64,000 nucleotides of DNA from an uncultured Thermoplasmata archaeon. GTDB taxonomy: Archaea > Thermoplasmatota > Thermoplasmata > UBA10834. Position numbers and translations under genes: made by a program. Of this stretch, positions 59,202 through 64,000 are shown piece after piece. Where the stretch lies: NCBI GenBank assembly GCA_963719945.1, contig CAVRDX010000003.1:128001-192000 (forward strand). The letters are read 5' to 3'. Under the pieces are notes generated by a model, which worked only from the letters and a program-made list of their open reading frames with translations, searched no databases and was not told the DNA's origin. Each line of letters starts with the position of its first letter. Positions within the stretch are counted from its first letter, which is position 1.

Positions 59202-60482
59202 TCAGTAATTGGACATGTCAGTCTTCATGAATTCTCGCATCAGACATGTCGCATAGCATCCTTTGTTCAACGCGAACCTGAACACTGTCGAGTCATCGAA
59301 GTGTTCGATCTCTAGATCTTTGCATAGCGCCAACAATTCTCGCCTGATCCCCTTGGATGAGGCCTCACGCAGGCCGACTATCTGAAAATCCATCCGCGAG
59401 ACGCCTTCATCCGCGATGACCTTCTTCTCGATCTCGCCCATCTCCCCTTCTGCGAAGGTCGAATCGGTCCCGTAGATGAGCCCGCTGACGAACGCCTTCT
59501 TCTCCCTCGCGTTCCTGCGCACCTTCTCCAGGTTGTCTTGGGTGACTGGAATCGGATTGTCATGGTCCGGCACTCCGTTCTTTTCGAGCGGCAGCACTAG
59601 GTCCCCGACAATAGGGTCATCGATAGCGATGCCCCTCCTCAACCTCTCGCTCAAGACTTCGTTGAACAGAAATGATTGGTATGCGTGGACGAACATCATC
59701 AGGAGGTTGCTGGGGAGTCTCCTCAGGGCTCCCAGGAAATCACCCGGATGATCCTTGATATGTCCGATCATCATCCTCTCGAATGTGAGCTTCATGGGGA
59801 ACTCGGCGAGCGCACGTTCGAAATCCCGAGTCTCTTGAAGGGTTCTGCGGGCGTCATTGATTTCGGAATCCTCATCCAATGGGTTAGCCACATAGCGCAT
59901 GACCGCTCCTTCTATGTCTCCTTTGGTGAGGTCCTTGCCGATTAGGTGGGTTATAGGCCTCACCGATCCGAACCTCTGGATGCCGAAGAAGTTCGGGAAT
60001 CCTCCGATGGCTTCGACTCTTTCAGCGACCGCTTTGCAGATATATCGCGCATCGGCCATGGGATCTTGTTCCGATACCCGGATGTCGAACTTGTTGCCGA
60101 TGAGATCGCCTATCGAGATCATTCGCTTGGCGCGGTAGACCTCCGATATCTCGACCTCGGGTATGGTGAGGGCCTGCACATCCTCAAGGGGTGCATTGAA
60201 CGACATCAACTGGGTCGCTACGGACCTTCCATCCTTCGTCCCTGCGAACCCTATCCGGTTCCTTCCCAGATGGAGGTTCGATGCTAGCCTTCTGACTAGT
60301 CGGTTCGCCTCCCAGTTCCTGTGCCACACTTTGGCTATGACAAAACGACCCTCAGGGTCTTCAGGGGGTCTTATGGAGATTTCGTCGACTCGGAAATCGT
60401 CAGGGGTCTTTCTGAGCTTGCCACCGATACCTGGCAGGTCCTCAGTGAGGAACACCTCTAGCCCCAGCTCGCTCTCTCTCAT
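59202..60482 (-). CDS. truD: tRNA pseudouridine(13) synthase
   Basis: DFRVDE, FAGTKD, GNKF, FPNFFGIQRFG, HAYQSFLFN, KGCYAT. Confidence 0.95.
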   Translation of the reverse strand: MRESELGLEVFLTEDLPGIGGKLRKTPDDFRVDEISIRPPEDPEGRFVIAKVWHRNWEANRLVRRLASNLHLGRNRIGFAGTKDGRSVATQLMSFNAPLEDVQALTIPEVEISEVYRAKRMISIGDLIGNKFDIRVSEQDPMADARYICKAVAERVEAIGGFPNFFGIQRFGSVRPITHLIGKDLTKGDIEGAVMRYVANPLDEDSEINDARRTLQETRDFERALAEFPMKLTFERMMIGHIKDHPGDFLGALRRLPSNLLMMFVHAYQSFLFNEVLSERLRRGIAIDDPIVGDLVLPLEKNGVPDHDNPIPVTQDNLEKVRRNAREKKAFVSGLIYGTDSTFAEGEMGEIEKKVIADEGVSRMDFQIVGLREASSKGIRRELLALCKDLEIEHFDDSTVFRFALNKGCYATCLMREFMKTDMSNY

Positions 60483-60526
60483 GTGATCTTCAGAATGACA
60501 TCCGGATGTAAAAGCTTCGGTACGGC

Positions 60527-60802
60527 TCAACCCAGCTGCTTCTCGACAAGTTGTCTGGCCTCGAGGTACTGGTTGGCCAGAGCCTTGGCAGCCTTCTTGA
60601 GCGCAGCCTGGGGCTTTCCATCCTTGACAATGACGGTCAGCACTGGCTTGTCCAGCTGTGGATGACCCGTTGTGTACCTTGCGTTCTGGACATTCTTGTC
60701 CTGCAGCAGCTCGTGCAACAGCGGGTTTATGAGGGTCTCGTCCGCATCAAGTATCTCTACTTTGATGCTATCCTTCTTCTTCTCTATCAGCTTGAATTCC
60801 AT
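60527..60802 (-). CDS. rpo11: RNA polymerase subunit L (Rpo11)
   Basis: DETLINPL..EL, ARYTTGHPQ, PQAALKKA. Confidence 0.85.
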   Translation of the reverse strand: MEFKLIEKKKDSIKVEILDADETLINPLLHELLQDKNVQNARYTTGHPQLDKPVLTVIVKDGKPQAALKKAAKALANQYLEARQLVEKQLG

Positions 60803-60878
60803 GATCCTCGAATTCCCTCGTATGGACAGTGGGTTCATAAACGTTGCTGCTTGCCCGACGGGCATCCTGGCTAAGAAA

Positions 60879-61136
60879 TCACCGGGTTTTTCTGCCCTTC
60901 GTCGTCTTCTTCTTGGCCGCAGTCTCTTTCGCGTTCTTTGGACGAGCGCCGGAGGTCTTCTTCACCTTCTTCTTGACGGTCACGCCCTTAGCCTGTGCGG
61001 GTTTCGCCTTCTTCTTTCTTGGATACATGCTTCCGCACATCTTGCAGACATCTACCTCGCACCATTCTTCGCTCGATTCCGCAACGATCTTGATGATGCA
61101 GGGGCTGTTGCACCTCGGGCACTTGTTGGTTGCCAT
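60879..61136 (-). CDS. Small Zn-ribbon protein with Lys/Ala-rich tail
   Basis: CPRC...CKMC followed by KKKAKPAQAKG..KKKVKK..AAKKKTTKGRKTR; ATG immediately after the hef stop. Confidence 0.65.
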   Translation of the reverse strand: MATNKCPRCNSPCIIKIVAESSEEWCEVDVCKMCGSMYPRKKKAKPAQAKGVTVKKKVKKTSGARPKNAKETAAKKKTTKGRKTR

Positions 61137-61137
61137 T

Positions 61138-63468
61138 TCAGTCCAACTCCTCGCCGACCCTCTTTCGGAGACTATTATGGATGCCTTCTGCAATAATCTT
61201 TGCTATCCCATCGACCCTCATAAGTTCCTCGACGCTGGCCCTCGATATCTCATCAAGTGAGTCGAATCGTTTCATCAACCTCGTCGAGAGCGTCGCCGAC
61301 ACGTTCGGGAGACCCTGGACGAGGAACATGTGCCCTACCGACGAATCGAACGAGGTCTGCCTGGGCTTGGATGTGTGGGCATGGTCGGGTTTCTCCTGGC
61401 CATATAGGGTCTTGATCGCGGATGCGGTCTCATGTGCGTTCGCAGTCGATAGCACCGTCAATCCGTTCCTTGAGATTAGTTCATTGAGGGAATCATAGAC
61501 TGCAGAATTGAGTCTCCTGTCGCCTTCTCCTTCCTGCTCCCCCTGGACTATCAGGATTGGATGCTGCGACGATACCCTCAACCTGTCTATATCTGAGATG
61601 ATCGTACCGTTATTCAGGCCGATTATGAAATCCTGAACCGTTCTGAATATCAGGCTGACCCTTCCTGATATGACAATATCGGCACCACTGGCGGCATTTT
61701 GGCTGATATTGAATCCTGCTTCCTCTAGCGCTTCGGCGACCGCGGAACCTCTGATCCTTGTCGACACTGCGATATCGGGTCGTGCCATTCGAGTGCCCTC
61801 ATACTGTACGAGTGACGACTGCCCCTTCTGGTCCGCCACCTTCCTCGCTAGTTCTTCCCGTCCGGATGGAAGGTCAGGTGTCATCATCTTCTCCAGGATC
61901 TCTCTTGGGAGTCCTGACCTGGTGTTAGGGGTATCTGGAAGTCCCCTCCTCTGCCGGAGCTTTCTCCTGAGCGAATCCAGCTCCTTCCGCATCTGCATCT
62001 CCTTTCTCCGGCTGGACCAGAGATATGCCTCATCTTTGGTGTCCCTGGTGACGAATATGACGACTCTCCCAGCCTGCTTCCTCCCAGTTCTGCCCCTTCG
62101 TTGGATCGTGCGTATCTCCGATGGGACGGGCTCATAGAATACCACCAGATCCGTGGCTGGTATGTCCAACCCTTCCTCTGCGATAGATGTCGCCACCAAG
62201 ACGTTGTGCACACCTGCACGGAATCTGTCGATTATCTCCTTCTGCTCCTTCTGGTTGAGTCCGTAATCCTCTCCTTTGCTAGCCTGACCGACGAATCTGA
62301 CTGGTCGCAATCCCTCCACGTCCGTGAGCTTCTGCGTGAGGAGTTCACATGTGTCCCTGTAATGCGTGAAGACAATTGCCTTCGAGTCCGGCTTGCTCAA
62401 GAACTGCGATTTCAGGATTGGGACGATCTTCTCCAGCTTTGGATGATCAGTCTGCATGCTGTGCAGGTGGGTTCTGGCCTGCTGGAATCTCGCATCCTTG
62501 ATCAGATCCCTTGATGCCTTGGGCCCTCCCTTCTCCTCCCCCTGCTTCACTAGCTTTGAAAAATAGCTCTCCAGCGCCCCCTTTCCCTGCGTCTGGGCAA
62601 GTTCGATGCCATGGTTCATCTTCATCGCCAGCGACTGGGCACTGGCATCCTGGAACAGATGGTAATTCTTGGTTCCGCCACTCAGCTTGGCGCGGATCAC
62701 CTTTCCAGCTTCAAGGAGGTCCCTGGTGGTAGGTGGCTTCTTCGGGTCGAGGTAGCCATGAGCTGCTAGCTTCGCAACCTGCTCGTCCATTATCCTCTGG
62801 AGTAGGTAGATGACCCGGCCTATGTCCTCTGGCATCCCGACGCTGATGAATTCGGTCTTGACGTCCTGTGTATAGCTGACTACATCCTCATCGAGTTCTG
62901 AACGGATTTCCACATTGGTCATTGCCAGGTTCTCACAGACCTCGGCGATCTTGGACACGTCTGAACCCGGAGACGCAGTCAATCCCAGGGCAAGCCCAGT
63001 TGTTTCTGCGAACCTCTTTCCTATGGACACATATGCGTAATCCCCAGCAGCCCTGTGTGCCTCATCGAAGACGATGAGCGAAACATCACGCAGCGAGATC
63101 CTTTCCTCGTTGAGATCGTTCTCGATCACCTGTGGTGTTGAGACTATTAGTCTGCTATCTCGCCAGAGATCCTCTCGATGAGCTGGAGGCACCTCCCCGG
63201 TGAAAACAGTGGGTTCGATGTCGAGGAGATAGTCGCTCAGAAATTTCGAATGCTGCTCGACAAGTGGTTTCGTCGGAGCCATGAACAGGACCTTCCCCTC
63301 GCCTTCTAGCAGTTTCTCCGCTACTAGAATGAGGGCTACGACAGTCTTTCCGAGCCCGGTCGGAAGGACGACCAGGGTGGGCTCAGAGAGAGCCGTCTTT
63401 GCGATATTAACCTGGTACTCCCTAAGCTCCACGCTGGATGGTTTTATAAGCCGGTGCTCTAGGAACAC
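61138..63468 (-). CDS. hef: Hef (FANCM/XPF family) helicase with C-terminal ERCC4-like and HhH domains
   Basis: PTGLGKT, DEAH, TASPG, ATSIAEEGLDI, QRRGRTGR; C-terminal HhH (VDGIAK). Confidence 0.92.
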   Translation of the reverse strand: MFLEHRLIKPSSVELREYQVNIAKTALSEPTLVVLPTGLGKTVVALILVAEKLLEGEGKVLFMAPTKPLVEQHSKFLSDYLLDIEPTVFTGEVPPAHREDLWRDSRLIVSTPQVIENDLNEERISLRDVSLIVFDEAHRAAGDYAYVSIGKRFAETTGLALGLTASPGSDVSKIAEVCENLAMTNVEIRSELDEDVVSYTQDVKTEFISVGMPEDIGRVIYLLQRIMDEQVAKLAAHGYLDPKKPPTTRDLLEAGKVIRAKLSGGTKNYHLFQDASAQSLAMKMNHGIELAQTQGKGALESYFSKLVKQGEEKGGPKASRDLIKDARFQQARTHLHSMQTDHPKLEKIVPILKSQFLSKPDSKAIVFTHYRDTCELLTQKLTDVEGLRPVRFVGQASKGEDYGLNQKEQKEIIDRFRAGVHNVLVATSIAEEGLDIPATDLVVFYEPVPSEIRTIQRRGRTGRKQAGRVVIFVTRDTKDEAYLWSSRRKEMQMRKELDSLRRKLRQRRGLPDTPNTRSGLPREILEKMMTPDLPSGREELARKVADQKGQSSLVQYEGTRMARPDIAVSTRIRGSAVAEALEEAGFNISQNAASGADIVISGRVSLIFRTVQDFIIGLNNGTIISDIDRLRVSSQHPILIVQGEQEGEGDRRLNSAVYDSLNELISRNGLTVLSTANAHETASAIKTLYGQEKPDHAHTSKPRQTSFDSSVGHMFLVQGLPNVSATLSTRLMKRFDSLDEISRASVEELMRVDGIAKIIAEGIHNSLRKRVGEELD

Positions 63469-63523
63469 AAGCTCTTGACAACGCGCCTGGGTCTATGAAT
63501 GTTTTCTTATAGGCACCACGAAA

Positions 63524-63850
63524 CTAGTGACATCCTGCGCATCCGCCGCTGCAGGAGTCACCGGTGGACTTCACCCGTATGACGACTCCAGGGCCCTGTG
63601 GGGTATCGACGGAATCAATGATGGCGTCCTTGAGGCTCTCCTCAAGAGTCTTCTCGTGTATCAGCGTGAACCCATCTACCTTGATCTCGACATCGTTTTC
63701 CGTGAGTTTGTCGAACCCCATCATATATGCCGGACCAGAGCATGATTGCCCAGCAAAGAAAATCCTGATGGGCTCGTTCTTCTTCTCATCAGCTAGGATT
63801 GCCTTAATCGTCTCGATTGCCTTCGGTGTGACGGTGACCATTTGGTTCAC
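63524..63850 (-). CDS. HesB/IscA-family Fe-S carrier-like protein
   Basis: VTPKAI, GQSCSGP.Y.MGFD, C-terminal CSGGCAGCH. Confidence 0.75.
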   Translation of the reverse strand: MNQMVTVTPKAIETIKAILADEKKNEPIRIFFAGQSCSGPAYMMGFDKLTENDVEIKVDGFTLIHEKTLEESLKDAIIDSVDTPQGPGVVIRVKSTGDSCSGGCAGCH

Positions 63851-63923
63851 TTCATGAGAAGTGAGGTATGGACCATATTTAATGGTTTGCGCCTGAATTA
63901 TCGCCCACGCGAGGTCGAAATGG

Positions 63924-64000
63924 TCACTCTGGTTTCACACGGTCGAATCCTTCGACCCCTATCGGCTTGGTCGCGTCGATCCCTATCTTCGTCGTGGTCT
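63924..64000 (-). CDS. C-terminal fragment of a UbiD-family decarboxylase
   Basis: Manual translation TTTKIGIDATKPIGVEGFDRVKPE-stop; K.GIDATKP is the UbiD C-terminal motif. Confidence 0.65.
   Translation of the reverse strand, partial: TTTKIGIDATKPIGVEGFDRVKPE

Noticed and set aside
63524-63850. Selenocysteine in the HesB-like protein
   Set aside because: The relevant codon is TGC (Cys) and there is no in-frame TGA.

Overview
Gene-dense archaeal chromosomal segment. The gene set and order (rpl18e-rpl13-rps9-rpo10-tRNA-Pro, thermosome plus grpE-dnaK-dnaJ, aMBF1/pan, Hef, archease, A24 peptidase, wHTH-STAND-TPR regulator) suggest Thermoplasmatota; this assignment is inferred. Most of the window is housekeeping: translation, DNA repair, cofactor synthesis and proteostasis. 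I found no CRISPR array, integrase or transposase. The standout is a compact four-gene, eukaryote-like ubiquitin-like conjugation locus at 16565-18823. It encodes a UBA3/UBA2-like E1, a small Ub-fold protein ending in Gly-Gly, a UBC E2 with HPN and catalytic Cys, and an Rpn11/CSN5-like JAMM isopeptidase, with no E3 in the window. Other points of interest: a CBS-HPF/RaiA fusion (candidate ribosome hibernation factor), a Hef with a degenerate nuclease site, an ATL-EndoV fusion, a degenerate endonuclease IV, a frameshifted larA, an orphan non-pyrrolysine MttB, a structured pgk leader and a Zn-ribbon protein with an H1-like tail. All calls come from reading motifs by eye; no database searches were run.
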